Source: Patescibacteria group bacterium | GTDB lineage: Bacteria > Patescibacteriota > Minisyncoccia > Phycocordibacterales > PALSA-1337 | Direction: 5' to 3' | NCBI GenBank assembly: GCA_024654575.1 | Contig: JANLHG010000005.1 | Location: 65,260-129,259, forward strand | DNA length: 64,000 bases | Part shown: positions 28,280-38,265 of the stretch, in pieces | Position numbering within the stretch: position 1 is the first letter of the stretch | Layout of the letters: the number at the start of each line of letters is the position of its first letter | Position numbers and translations under genes: made by a program | Notes under the pieces: model-generated | Seen by the model: the letters and a program-made list of their open reading frames with translations, nothing else | What the model was told of the DNA's origin: nothing | The model's database searches: none

Positions 28280-28382
28280 TTTTATTTATCCCGCCTTGGC
28301 GAGATTGATTACTAATAATTAATAAATTACTTATTTTCATTATACCAACACCTAATTATATAACAATAGCGAGGTGTGGATA

Positions 28383-28823
28383 CTAAGGTCTATAAAAAGT
28401 ATCTTGAAGGTCAAGTTTGTAGCCACCTAAATTGTCAGGACTATTAACACCACCTGTTTGATTAAGTACAGAACTTGGACTATCAACACCACCTGTTTGA
28501 GTAAAATTACCTCCACAAGCCGATACACCACTCTGACTCCCTGGAGTTACTCCGGGTAATTGATTATTAAAACCAAATGTCTTCACAAGAACATTAACCA
28601 AACCCCACACAGAAAACATGACAAAAAGACCGATAATACCCCACAAAATAAGACTTCGTGCTTCCTCTTTTTTTTCCTGCACAAAAATATATTTAACAAT
28701 ACCAAAAATAAATACCACTAAAGCCACAGAAAAAAGAAGTGGGATGGTATAACCAAGATAGGTATTTACGAGACACATGACATCTTTGAGAGTACTAAGT
28801 TGTGGTGTGGCGACATTATTCAT
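28383..28823 (-). CDS. Small 2-TM protein, paralog 3, with Gly/Ser-rich C-terminal tail
   Basis: 146 aa; ..FSVALVVFIFGIVKYIF....EARSLILWGIIGLFVMFSVWGLVNVLVKTFGFNN then GVTPGSQSG..TGGV repeats. Confidence 0.45.
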   Translation of the reverse strand: MNNVATPQLSTLKDVMCLVNTYLGYTIPLLFSVALVVFIFGIVKYIFVQEKKEEARSLILWGIIGLFVMFSVWGLVNVLVKTFGFNNQLPGVTPGSQSGVSACGGNFTQTGGVDSPSSVLNQTGGVNSPDNLGGYKLDLQDTFYRP

Positions 28824-28834
28824 ATTTTTTATAA

Positions 28835-29098
28835 TTAACCTTTAATTTGTTTAATTGTAGCATCTATTACTCCAGCGATCACTGAAGCTCCTAAAAGCAC
28901 GGCAGTGCCGACCACTGTCCATAAAAATGTACTCTTTGCATCTGTCAGTTTTTTTGGATCGCCTCGAGCAGTCACAAAAAGAAAACCAGAGTATATAATA
29001 AATACTACTGCCACAGGCAAACCAATTTGAAGAACCAAACCTAGTATTGAATTAATAAGTTCACTAATCGTTTTTACTTGAAGAGGGTTTTCAATCAT
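28835..29098 (-). CDS. Small 2-TM protein, paralog 4
   Basis: 87 aa; LPVAVVFIIYSGFLFVTARGDPKKLTDAKSTFLWTVVGTAVLLGASVIAGVI. Confidence 0.45.
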   Translation of the reverse strand: MIENPLQVKTISELINSILGLVLQIGLPVAVVFIIYSGFLFVTARGDPKKLTDAKSTFLWTVVGTAVLLGASVIAGVIDATIKQIKG

Positions 29099-29505
29099 TG
29101 TTTCTCTATATTATAGTATTTTTCTGGTTCTTTTAAAAGTGCCCCAGTGATAGTATGCACAATAAGCCAAGCAGAAAACATTAGAATAAGTCCTACGACG
29201 ACTATTCTAAAAATTTTATGAGCTTGAGCTAATTTTCCAGTATCTCCTGATGCTGTCATATATAAAAATCCAGCATAAGCAAAGGATACAGTAGCAAGTG
29301 GAACCGCCAAGTAAATTATAAACTGAATAAGGCCGTTTATCCCATTAATGAGGTCATTAAAACCACAATCTGTATCACAAGGGATCAATCCTCCATCGCC
29401 GAACGGGGCAAAACCAGGGCCTAGGACGTATAAAATTAAAGTAAACATAAAATTATTGTGTAATAAGATTATTAATTTGATTTGAACCCCGTGTAATGGC
29501 CTCAC
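29095..29505 (-). CDS. Small 2-TM protein, paralog 5 (start probably at internal Met, about 29448)
   Basis: AVPLATVSFAYAGFLYMTASGDTGKLAQAHKIFRIVVVGLILMFSAWLIVHTI; the 5' 53 nt of the ORF-track model overlaps the upstream substrate-binding protein gene, so a shorter model is likely. Confidence 0.4.
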   Translation of the reverse strand: MRPLHGVQIKLIILLHNNFMFTLILYVLGPGFAPFGDGGLIPCDTDCGFNDLINGINGLIQFIIYLAVPLATVSFAYAGFLYMTASGDTGKLAQAHKIFRIVVVGLILMFSAWLIVHTITGALLKEPEKYYNIEKQ

Positions 29506-30694
29506 TAATTATCTCCTTTCCACTGACAATATTTTCAACCATGCTTTGAAAAATCATGGATGTATCATTAGCCGAAGGGTCAAGCCATCCTTTAGCTATA
29601 AGTGCTGAATCATAAAATATAGAAAGATAAGGGTCGGCAGGTTTTACCGTGAGCATATCTCTTCTAACTGGAGGTAAGTAAGTTAATTCTGTCCATTTTA
29701 ATAAAGCTGATTGTCCAGATAAAATAGAGAGTACGCTATATGCCGTGTTGAAATTGGGAGAACTGCGAGGAAAAGCAAAACCCAATATCGTACCAAACGT
29801 GGCTTTAATTTGAGCATTTTTTGATTGAGGCATAGGGGCTACATCAAAATTAAGCTGAGGATTTTTTGTTCTGATATCTGTAATTTCACTAGCAAAACCA
29901 AAATATAAAGCGAGGTCTCCAGAAATAAAGAAATTTTTTGATTGAGGTAAAGCCCTGTTCCAAGAATATGTTTCTTTGGTCGGATTAGAAAATTGAGTAT
30001 AAAAATCAAGTGTCGACTCCGCGGATTTTGATGAAAGTCCAATTACTGAATTCCCTGCCTGCATAAGAAGGGATAGTATTATTTCTTTAGCATGAGTGAC
30101 ATTTCTAAACTCTCCAAAAGCTAACCCACTTTGACTTATATTTTTAGCATTATCTTTATTTGTCACTTTTTTAGAAAGTGTTGTTACTTCATCCCAAGTA
30201 CTTGGATAACGAGCAAAACCAGCTCCAGATAAAGTGTCTCTGTTCCAATACATCACTAATGGGTCAAGGGCAAATGGGATAGCTAAAATACCATTATCAG
30301 TCAAATACAACTCTGCTTCTTGAATAAAGGTATTCTTAAAATCCCTCTGAGAAAAGGAAGTATAAGGGATAGCTATCAGTTTATCTTTTTCTTTAAGAAT
30401 CAAGTCCTGGGGCAAAATTATAGCATCTGGACCCTTTCCTGTAGCCAATGCTTCCACAAACTCTTGATGAAAAGTGTCTGGTCGCTTTTGTACATATGAA
30501 ATATTTAGAGGAGTAGCTTGTTCTAAATTAAAATCAGTAAGAAATTTATTAAAAAGATCCTCTTTTATAGTTCCCCACAACACGATAGTCGGAACATCCT
30601 GCGAACTATTACCTTTTAGACTAGCAAAAACAACCACACCTATTATTATGAAAAAAATGAAAATACCAGTTAATACAATTTGAAAATTAGACAT
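29453..30694 (-). CDS. Membrane-anchored extracellular solute-binding protein (family 1, sugar-type ABC substrate-binding protein-like), orphan
   Basis: N-terminal TM anchor; PDAIILPQDL, ALDPLVMYWNRD, YFGFASE blocks typical of MalE-like solute-binding proteins; no adjacent permease or ATPase genes. Confidence 0.55.
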   Translation of the reverse strand: MSNFQIVLTGIFIFFIIIGVVVFASLKGNSSQDVPTIVLWGTIKEDLFNKFLTDFNLEQATPLNISYVQKRPDTFHQEFVEALATGKGPDAIILPQDLILKEKDKLIAIPYTSFSQRDFKNTFIQEAELYLTDNGILAIPFALDPLVMYWNRDTLSGAGFARYPSTWDEVTTLSKKVTNKDNAKNISQSGLAFGEFRNVTHAKEIILSLLMQAGNSVIGLSSKSAESTLDFYTQFSNPTKETYSWNRALPQSKNFFISGDLALYFGFASEITDIRTKNPQLNFDVAPMPQSKNAQIKATFGTILGFAFPRSSPNFNTAYSVLSILSGQSALLKWTELTYLPPVRRDMLTVKPADPYLSIFYDSALIAKGWLDPSANDTSMIFQSMVENIVSGKEIISEAITRGSNQINNLITQ

Positions 30695-31253
30695 TGTGTT
30701 TATTAAATATTAGCCCATAATGATGTTCCCCAGCTGATATTGATGAATCAAAATCAAAACCAGCTTTTTCAAATAATGATTTTGTAATTGCTTCTGGAAC
30801 AAGTGTTTTTGGACCAAGTGGACTTTTGTCTGACCAATCAACAATCAAAACTTTTCCTCCCGGTTTAAGAATACGCTTTATTTCCAAACAAAAATTATCT
30901 TTATGTTCAACCTGAAAAAGAATATTAGAAGCAATAGCTTTGTCAATTGAACCATCTCTCAAGCGAGTACCTCCTATGTTTTCAACATCTCCTAAAATCA
31001 CTTCTACATTAAAAAGATGTTCGTGAACTGCGTTGGTTTTTAATTTTTCTAATAAATCTTTTTGTACTTCTATAGCATAAACTTTGCCCGCTCCTCCAAC
31101 TTTTCTAGCTGATTCAATTGTGTAAAAACCACTCCCAGCACCCAGGTCAGCCACTTGCATCCCGTGTCCTATTTTAAATTGAGTAACATTTTTTTCTGGG
31201 TCACTAAAAAACATGTGGTAATTATAGCATAAAATAAAAACAACCCCCTGCAT
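30687..31253 (-). CDS. Class I SAM-dependent methyltransferase
   Basis: VADLGAGSGFYT (motif I), KVYAIEVQ (motif II), ILKPGGKVLIVDW (post-II/III). Confidence 0.7.
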   Translation of the reverse strand: MQGVVFILCYNYHMFFSDPEKNVTQFKIGHGMQVADLGAGSGFYTIESARKVGGAGKVYAIEVQKDLLEKLKTNAVHEHLFNVEVILGDVENIGGTRLRDGSIDKAIASNILFQVEHKDNFCLEIKRILKPGGKVLIVDWSDKSPLGPKTLVPEAITKSLFEKAGFDFDSSISAGEHHYGLIFNKHNV

Positions 31254-31307
31254 TTTGCCCCCTTAATAAAGGGGGTCTAGCCTGCCTGTGCAGGCAGGGG
31301 GAGGATT

Positions 31308-31559
31308 TTAAGAATTAGGAATATTCCTATTTTTATCTTTTCCGTAAATCCAGCCGATGACTAATCCCAACAAAAAAACTAATATTGCAATTTCCTGCCA
31401 TATTCCATTTACAATAAGTGAATAACAAACAGGTTGATCTGTAGGATATGCAGGACCAATTCTATAAAAATCAGAACAAATACTAGAAGTAACCAATACA
31501 ACAAAAATACTAGCTATTAAACCTACAATCCCTCCCCTTAACCAATATCTTTTTTGCAT
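31308..31559 (-). CDS. Small membrane protein (83 aa), unknown
   Basis: Two hydrophobic helices flanking a Cys-containing loop; no family assignment. Confidence 0.35.
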   Translation of the reverse strand: MQKRYWLRGGIVGLIASIFVVLVTSSICSDFYRIGPAYPTDQPVCYSLIVNGIWQEIAILVFLLGLVIGWIYGKDKNRNIPNS

Positions 31560-31610
31560 AATTTTTTTATTACTTTATAAATTAATATATCTAAATTATC
31601 CCACAAAAAA

Positions 31611-31901
31611 CTAAAATATTGCCATTTTTAATCCTAAACCACCTACAACTTTCTTCAAAAAAGATAATGTAGGATTTGCCCGTCCAGCTTCAAAACGAGC
31701 TAATACCGATTGTGCAATACCAATACGTTCTGCAAGTTCTCTTTGAGTCAAACCCTGTTTTCCTCGTGCTTTAATAATAGCTCTAATAATACTGAATTCG
31801 AATTCAAGATCTTCATAAGCCTTTTTAAATCCAGGCTTTTTCATAAGATCTTTATGAATCTCGTCAAAGGGAATAAGTTTTATATTATCTTTAGTTTTCA
31901 T
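31611..31901 (-). CDS. higA: HTH XRE-family antitoxin (HigA-like)
   Basis: GLTQRELAERIGIAQSVLARFEAGRANPTLSFLKKV: cro/C1 HTH; directly downstream of HigB-like toxin. Confidence 0.65.
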   Translation of the reverse strand: MKTKDNIKLIPFDEIHKDLMKKPGFKKAYEDLEFEFSIIRAIIKARGKQGLTQRELAERIGIAQSVLARFEAGRANPTLSFLKKVVGGLGLKMAIF

Positions 31902-31925
31902 ATTTATATGATACCATATATGGTA

Positions 31926-32237
31926 TCAAGAATGCAAGAGTTTTAAGCGATTTCGGGTGGTACTCAAATCTTTGAGTTTTAACTTTTGAGTTTTTTTATT
32001 AATAGCATGCAGTAAAACTATCTGATCTTCATAAAAAGTGTAGAAAATTCTAATATTTTGAAAACTTGAAATTCTTAGTTCATAAAGATTCTTTTCAATC
32101 TTTTTACTATATGGCATTGATAAATGGTATTCTTCAATAGATAAAAGTTTTATAGTGCTAGAAACTTTTGCACTTACCATATCCTCTAGAGAATTGAAAA
32201 ACAATTTAATATCGGGGTGGAAATAAAAAACTTTCAT
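31926..32237 (-). CDS. higB: RelE/ParE-superfamily toxin, HigB/Gp49-like
   Basis: 103 aa; ..NLYELRISSFQNIRIFYTFYEDQIVLLHAINKKTQK.. pattern of HigB/phage Gp49 family; toxin upstream of HTH antitoxin. Confidence 0.6.
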   Translation of the reverse strand: MKVFYFHPDIKLFFNSLEDMVSAKVSSTIKLLSIEEYHLSMPYSKKIEKNLYELRISSFQNIRIFYTFYEDQIVLLHAINKKTQKLKLKDLSTTRNRLKLLHS

Positions 32238-32252
32238 TTATTTTTTAATGTC

Positions 32253-34694
32253 TTACAAACAAATCATTGAAGCAATGGAATCCCCTTCGCGAAGTTTCAT
32301 AATACGAACACCTTGAGTTTGTCTACCGAGTGATGGAATTTCTTTAATATCTACACGAATGACTTGACTCTTTTTTGAAATGGCTACTAGTTCTTCATGT
32401 TCTTCTGTAACTACCTTTGCTCCGATAAGCTTTCCTGTTTTTGGAGTGACTTTCATTGTGATAATTCCAGAACCGGCTCTTTTTTGAATTTTATATTCTC
32501 CAACATCTGTTTTTTTTCCATAACCATTTCCACTAATAACAAGCAGATGTGCTTCTTTTACATTATTTTTAACAATATCAGCACTAATGATGAAATCATC
32601 TTTATCAAGTTTCATTCCTGTCACTCCAGAAGCTCCCCGTCCCATTTCTCTAACATCCGATTCTTTAAATCTAATAGCTTGTCCTTGACTAGTAGCAAGC
32701 ATCACACTATCTCCTTTACCACAAAAAGACACTGACACTAATTCATCATCATCTTTTAAAGTAATGGCAATCAAACCACTTCTTCGTACATCATGAAAAC
32801 TTTTCGCAGCCACTCTTTTAGCGACACCATTTTTTGTAACCATAATAAGAGATAACTCAGCAGTAGCTTTAGTTTCTTTAGGCATAGGTAAAATAGATGT
32901 TACTTTTTCATCTTCATTTAGAGAAAGAAAATTCATAATTGATTTACCTTTTGTGGCGCGTTTTCCTTCAGGAACATCATACATTTTTATTTGATAGGCC
33001 TTACCTTTATCAGTAAAAAATAGTAGGTCATTATGAGTAGAAGCCGTAATAAACTTTGTCACAAAATCTTCTTCTTTCGTATCAAGGTCAACAACTCCAA
33101 CCCCACCACGTCTTTGTTTACGATATTCTTCAGGGTCAGTTCTTTTAATATATCCTCCAGAAGTATAAACCAACACACTCTCAACATCTGGAATTAAATC
33201 TTCATCCGAAATTGTTTTTACTCCACTTTTTATGACTTTTGTTTTCCTGTCATCTCCATACTTTTGACCGATTTCTTGTAGTTCTGATTTTATAATCTCC
33301 TGTATTTTTTTATTACTTCCCAAAATCTCTTTGAGTTTTGCTATTAATTCTTGCATTTCCTTCAATTCATCTTCAATTTTCTTTCTTTCAAGACCGGCAA
33401 GTTTTTGAAGTCGCATTTCAAGAATAGCTGTAGCTTGTTTATCAGAAAATTTAAATTCTTTCATTAAAGCGGTATGAGCTTCAGAAACATCTTTTGATTT
33501 TCTAATAAGTGAAATAATTTTATCAATATGGTCAAGAGCTTTCTTTAAACCAATTAAAATATGCTCTCGTTCTTCCGCTTTGTTTAAATCAAACTTTGTT
33601 CGTCTTCTTACTACATTAGCTCTATGTAAAATAAATTCTTCAAGCATTGATTTTAGAGACAATGTCTGAGGAATACCATTAACCAGTGCTACCACATTAA
33701 AATGAAAAGCTTCTTCCAACTGTGTATGTTTATAAATATAATTTAAAACTTTTTGAGGATGAGCACCTTGTTTTAAATCAATAGCAATTCTAATATCTTT
33801 AGCGGATTCATCACGGAGTCCTTTGATACCTTCAAGTTGTTTATCGCGTACTAAACCTGCAATTTTTTCTATCAACTCCGCCTTGTTCACTCTGTATGGA
33901 ATTGAAGTGATTATAATTTGAAATGTTCCTTTTTTATCTTCTACTACTTCTGCTTCACCACGACAAACAACCCCTCCACGACCAGTAGCATAAGCGTGAT
34001 GCATATCTTTTTCACTATAAACAAGTCCTCCTGTTGGAAAATCTGGTCCTTTTATAAATTGAAGTAAATCTTCTGTCGTAGCATCTTTATTATCTATAAG
34101 ATGAACAGTGGCATTAACGACTTCCCTGAGATTATGAGGAGGGACATTAGTCGCCATTCCAACCGCGATACCCAAAGTTCCATTCAACAAAAGATTTGGA
34201 ACAGATGCTGGAAGAACTTCCGGTTCTTTTCTTGTACCGTCATAATTAGGTCTCCAGTCAACGGTTTCTTTTTCCAAATCTCGAAGAATTTCAGAAGACA
34301 GACGAGACATTTTAGCTTCGGTATAACGCATTGCCGCCGCTGCATCTCCATCAATAGAACCAAAATTTCCTTGACCAATAATCAAAGGGTATCTAAAAGA
34401 GAACTCTTGAGCCATTTTGACCATAGAATCATAAACAGCAACATCTCCGTGAGGATGGTATTTTCCGAGTACATCTCCCACTACCGCCGCTGATTTTCTA
34501 AATCGTCCACCAGCAGTCAAACTCATTTCATTCATTGAGAACAAAATTCTTCTATGAACGGGTTTTAAACCATCTCTAATATCGGGTAATGCTCTAGCAG
34601 TAATAACCGACATTGCGTAGTCAAGATACGACTCTCGCATTTCAGTAGTTATATTACGAGCAATGATGCCCTTATTTTCACCTTCTTTAGCCAT
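32253..34694 (-). CDS. gyrA: DNA gyrase subunit A
   Basis: [12 protein letters not shown], active-site Tyr region AAMRYTE, GyrA-box QRRGGVG in C-terminal beta-pinwheel; 813 aa. Confidence 0.9.
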   Translation of the reverse strand: MAKEGENKGIIARNITTEMRESYLDYAMSVITARALPDIRDGLKPVHRRILFSMNEMSLTAGGRFRKSAAVVGDVLGKYHPHGDVAVYDSMVKMAQEFSFRYPLIIGQGNFGSIDGDAAAAMRYTEAKMSRLSSEILRDLEKETVDWRPNYDGTRKEPEVLPASVPNLLLNGTLGIAVGMATNVPPHNLREVVNATVHLIDNKDATTEDLLQFIKGPDFPTGGLVYSEKDMHHAYATGRGGVVCRGEAEVVEDKKGTFQIIITSIPYRVNKAELIEKIAGLVRDKQLEGIKGLRDESAKDIRIAIDLKQGAHPQKVLNYIYKHTQLEEAFHFNVVALVNGIPQTLSLKSMLEEFILHRANVVRRRTKFDLNKAEEREHILIGLKKALDHIDKIISLIRKSKDVSEAHTALMKEFKFSDKQATAILEMRLQKLAGLERKKIEDELKEMQELIAKLKEILGSNKKIQEIIKSELQEIGQKYGDDRKTKVIKSGVKTISDEDLIPDVESVLVYTSGGYIKRTDPEEYRKQRRGGVGVVDLDTKEEDFVTKFITASTHNDLLFFTDKGKAYQIKMYDVPEGKRATKGKSIMNFLSLNEDEKVTSILPMPKETKATAELSLIMVTKNGVAKRVAAKSFHDVRRSGLIAITLKDDDELVSVSFCGKGDSVMLATSQGQAIRFKESDVREMGRGASGVTGMKLDKDDFIISADIVKNNVKEAHLLVISGNGYGKKTDVGEYKIQKRAGSGIITMKVTPKTGKLIGAKVVTEEHEELVAISKKSQVIRVDIKEIPSLGRQTQGVRIMKLREGDSIASMICL

Positions 34695-34717
34695 ATTACT
34701 ATGTATTATAGCATACT

Positions 34718-35665
34718 TTACTCTATTGAGTTAGTTATAGAATCAATAATCGGGTCAAGGTCGCCGGCCATAATTTTTTCAATATTATGCCAAGATTCTT
34801 TGATACGATGGTCCGTAATTCTATCTTGTAATATGTTATAAGTTCTAATTTTTTCTGAACGATCACCTGTGCCGATTTGTCCTTTTCGTTCTGCAGAGAA
34901 TTTTTTTGCGTCTTCTTCCTCTTTTTGTGCTTCAAGTTTTGCGATAAGAATACTCATCGCTTTATCGCGATTTTTAGCTTGACTTCGTTCTGATGTTGAA
35001 CGAACATCAATACCAGTTGGTTTATGAATTAAACGCACTGCGGTTTCTACCTTGTTGACATTTTGTCCACCAGCCCCTCCAGAACGTGAAAATTCCATTT
35101 CAATATCCGTTGGTTTTATTTCCATTAAATTTTTTTTGCGAATTGGTAAAATAGCCACCGAAGCAGTTGAAGTATGTACTCTACCCATTTTTTCAGTTGC
35201 AGGAACTCTTTGAACACGGTGGACTCCAGTCTCGTATCGCAATTTAGTAAAAGCATTTTTACCAGAAATCTCAAATGAAGCTTCTTTGTATCCTCCAGAC
35301 GCACTTTTTGATTCCTCCAATGTTTTAAACTTCCACCCACATTTTTCAGCATATTTTTTATACATTGTTGCTAGTTCTTCAGCAAACAAAGAAGCTTCAT
35401 CCCCACCCGCACCAGCACGAACTTCAAGAATGAGCTCTGTAGGCATTTCTTCAGCAGTTTTGACCACTTCTGCAATTTCTCGCATTTGCTTTTCAAGTGC
35501 TTCTTTTTGAATAACAATATTTTTTAAATCTTCATCAACTAATCCACGAAAAGAAACATCACTTATCTCCATTTCTTTTAAATCTTTTTCTTCAGCCAAA
35601 AGACGCTCGTATGTTTCTGCGAGATAACTGGTCTTATGATTTTTTTTAAATTCATCTAGGTTCAT
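34718..35665 (-). CDS. prfA: Peptide chain release factor 1
   Basis: PAT tripeptide (RVQRVPATE) and GGQ ([11 protein letters not shown]); strong Shine-Dalgarno (aaaggagggattaagggagg) upstream. Confidence 0.9.
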   Translation of the reverse strand: MNLDEFKKNHKTSYLAETYERLLAEEKDLKEMEISDVSFRGLVDEDLKNIVIQKEALEKQMREIAEVVKTAEEMPTELILEVRAGAGGDEASLFAEELATMYKKYAEKCGWKFKTLEESKSASGGYKEASFEISGKNAFTKLRYETGVHRVQRVPATEKMGRVHTSTASVAILPIRKKNLMEIKPTDIEMEFSRSGGAGGQNVNKVETAVRLIHKPTGIDVRSTSERSQAKNRDKAMSILIAKLEAQKEEEDAKKFSAERKGQIGTGDRSEKIRTYNILQDRITDHRIKESWHNIEKIMAGDLDPIIDSITNSIE

Positions 35666-35791
35666 AAAATCCTCCCTTAATCCCTCCTTTAAAAAGTAGG
35701 GAAAACACGGAAGCGAAAGTGTTTTTTAAAGGTCTGGCCGACTAGAAGGAGGAGATCCGAGGACCTTTCAAAAAACACTTTCGCTGAAGTA

Positions 35792-36001
35792 TTATTTCTT
35801 CTTTTTAGAAGCTCTTTTTTTGAATTTATCCACTCTTCCTGCCGAGTCAAGAACCTTATCATTTCCCGTATAGTACGGATGACAGCTACTACAAATTTCC
35901 ACCTCTACCTTTTCTTTAGTAGAGCCAATATGCATCTTTTTGCCACAGGCACAGGAAAACACTGCCTTTGGGAAATACTCTGGATGTGTGTCTTTTTTCA
36001 T
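35792..36001 (-). CDS. rpmE: 50S ribosomal protein L31
   Basis: MKKDTHPEYFPKAVFSCACGKKMHIGSTKEKVEVEICSSCHPYYTG: CxxC...CxxH L31 signature. Confidence 0.85.
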   Translation of the reverse strand: MKKDTHPEYFPKAVFSCACGKKMHIGSTKEKVEVEICSSCHPYYTGNDKVLDSAGRVDKFKKRASKKKK

Positions 36002-36019
36002 AAGATATACTCTACACTA

Positions 36020-37372
36020 CTAATTATTCTGAATCAAGTTAATCATATTTTCTTGAATATTCGTCGCAAGAGCCATTACACTATTTCCATAAAAAGTATT
36101 ACCTTTTTTTGCTCCGCAACTTGAACCAGAATAATACTTACAAGCGGAATTTCTTTCGGCACTATATGTTTGAACATCCGCCCCTAAGTCAGAAAGATAC
36201 ATTGCTGATGCCATAAAAGCATCACGAGGTTCCCAAGGGTTTGGTGTACTAACTTTAAGCATACTAGCAAGTCTAGATTTGACAGATTGCCAGGTGGAAG
36301 GAATAAATTGTGCTGGCCCCATCGCTCCTCCGTAACCGATAGAGAGTGGGCATGATACTTTAGTTTGTAATGGATCAATACCTAATTCTGAGGTTATCTC
36401 TCTAAATGGTCCGATATCTCTAGTAGGTTTCATTACATTTTTTACTGCCGAATTAGAGGTAACACGAATTCCCGCTCCTGTATCAAAATTTGTTACCAAA
36501 CAAGAACCAACATTCTTACCCAAATTAGATTCTTGGGTCAAAATAGCCAAAAGAAATGCAGGACGAACACCAGTTTGCTGAGAAGCTATCGTCGCGTATT
36601 CAAAAGCTTTAGCAAAAGGAATAGCTGAACTATCTCGCAAAGCGAATAATGCACTTCTTATTTCTGATGCACGTCTAGCTTTATCATCTAATAAGGCCTG
36701 ATAACTTTTCTCTTGAGTTTTACTAAAACTTAACAATCTATTAACTTCAGTTTGGTTCTTTTCAATAGCCCGCTTATTCGCCTGAATTGCTGTCTGTGCA
36801 TCTGTTTCTGAATTTCTTTTAACTTCTAAACCTTGTTTTTGAGTTTTTGTTTCATCTTTAGCTTGTCTCAGTTCTTCAAAAGAATTTTTCAAACTTTGTT
36901 TTACCGAATCGAAATTATCCAAATCAAGAAAAAAAGATGAGATGTCATCTTGAGACAAAAGCATCTCTGGCAAAGAATATGACTCTATTTCATTTGTTTT
37001 TCGTAGAAGTTGTGCAAGTGATTCTTGTTCTTTAATAATTTTATCAGAAAGACTGACAATAACTGTTTGTTTTTTGGTAATATCTTTTGATAATCCCTGT
37101 ATAATAATTGTTTTTGCTCTAATATCTAACTTCGCTTTTTCAATTTTAGCGTTCAATATGGCAATATCACGAGAAAGTGACGCACTCTGATTTTTTTGAT
37201 TATTTAATATAGCATCCTGTTGGGCTATTTCAATATTTACTCTATCAAGCTCCTTTTGACATATAACTCGTTGTTCCGCCGTTAAAGGTTGTCCGTTGGT
37301 AGGGCAAGTTTCTTGTGCGTAAGCAAAAGTTGCAGAAAATAATATAACAAGCGTAATTAATATACGATACAT
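36020..37372 (-). CDS. Secreted coiled-coil protein with C-terminal lytic transglycosylase (SLT-like) domain
   Basis: Signal peptide, about 230-aa coiled coil, then LLAILTQESNLGKN...GAMGPAQFIPSTW resembling SLT catalytic E-S and GLMQ motifs. Confidence 0.55.
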   Translation of the reverse strand: MYRILITLVILFSATFAYAQETCPTNGQPLTAEQRVICQKELDRVNIEIAQQDAILNNQKNQSASLSRDIAILNAKIEKAKLDIRAKTIIIQGLSKDITKKQTVIVSLSDKIIKEQESLAQLLRKTNEIESYSLPEMLLSQDDISSFFLDLDNFDSVKQSLKNSFEELRQAKDETKTQKQGLEVKRNSETDAQTAIQANKRAIEKNQTEVNRLLSFSKTQEKSYQALLDDKARRASEIRSALFALRDSSAIPFAKAFEYATIASQQTGVRPAFLLAILTQESNLGKNVGSCLVTNFDTGAGIRVTSNSAVKNVMKPTRDIGPFREITSELGIDPLQTKVSCPLSIGYGGAMGPAQFIPSTWQSVKSRLASMLKVSTPNPWEPRDAFMASAMYLSDLGADVQTYSAERNSACKYYSGSSCGAKKGNTFYGNSVMALATNIQENMINLIQNN

Positions 37373-37390
37373 CTAGATATTATAGCACTT

Positions 37391-38122
37391 TTATTTTCCC
37401 TCTTTAGTTTCTTTTTCTTCACCCTCTACTGGAGCTTCACCCTCTTTAGCTTCTTTACCTTTCTTTTCAACTTCAATAGCAGACATATCTATAGGTACAG
37501 TTTCTTCTACCACTTCTTCTTTAGCTATATCAATAAGGGCGACCACTTCTTCTGGAGATATCTTAAGTTCTACCCCATCAGGTAATATAATATCTTTAGC
37601 CAAAATCTGACTTTCAAGTGTTTCAAGTTTAGATATATCAACATTTATTTCTCTAGGTAAATCTTTCGGCAAAGCTTCAATTTCAATCTCGTGGAGTACT
37701 TTAACCAAAATACCTTCCAAATCTTTTACTGCTGGAGATACTCCGATAAAATTAATAGGTACTTTTATTTCAAGTTTTTTACCTTTTTCAACCACATAAA
37801 AATCAACATGTCTTGGTACACTAGTAACTGGATGAACATCAACTTCCTTAATAAGAGATTCGTGACTATCAGAAACTCCTTTAAGTTCTACTATTGATGA
37901 TTCACCAGCTTTTTTCCATATTTTCAAGAAATCAACGGAAGATAAAGTAATGGGAGTAGATTTTTCTTTTCTACCATAAAACACAGCGGGTATTTTACCG
38001 TTTTTTCTAAGTGTTTCCAATTTTTGAGTTTTATCCCTCGTCTCATAATTTATTGTAAGCATAAAGAACAGTATACAGAAATGTATTATAAAATCAAGAA
38101 ACCTTGCCTTTATTACTACCAA
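37391..38122 (-). CDS. rplY: 50S ribosomal protein L25/general stress protein Ctc
   Basis: TRDKTQKLETLRKNGKIPAVFYGR... full L25 N-domain plus Ctc-type C-terminal extension, acidic tail; probable start at MLTINYE (38062). Confidence 0.75.
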   Translation of the reverse strand: MVVIKARFLDFIIHFCILFFMLTINYETRDKTQKLETLRKNGKIPAVFYGRKEKSTPITLSSVDFLKIWKKAGESSIVELKGVSDSHESLIKEVDVHPVTSVPRHVDFYVVEKGKKLEIKVPINFIGVSPAVKDLEGILVKVLHEIEIEALPKDLPREINVDISKLETLESQILAKDIILPDGVELKISPEEVVALIDIAKEEVVEETVPIDMSAIEVEKKGKEAKEGEAPVEGEEKETKEGK

Positions 38123-38265
38123 ATGTTAATATATACAAGTACTCATGAATCGCAAGGTTTGTTCGGCTAAATGAATTTCATAAGCCGAAAGTGAGTACAT
38201 CAAAACAGCTCTCATTTTGAGGGCTTTTTTGTTTTCTTATCCCCCTTCTTCCAAACGCCATTTTG

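Noticed and set aside
27582-29520. Calling the five small 2-TM proteins definite type-IV-secretion pilins or a conjugation system
   Set aside because: Only the topology and a loose motif resemblance were seen. No VirB4, VirB6 or VirD4 genes are in the window. It is reported as a paralog array of unknown function.
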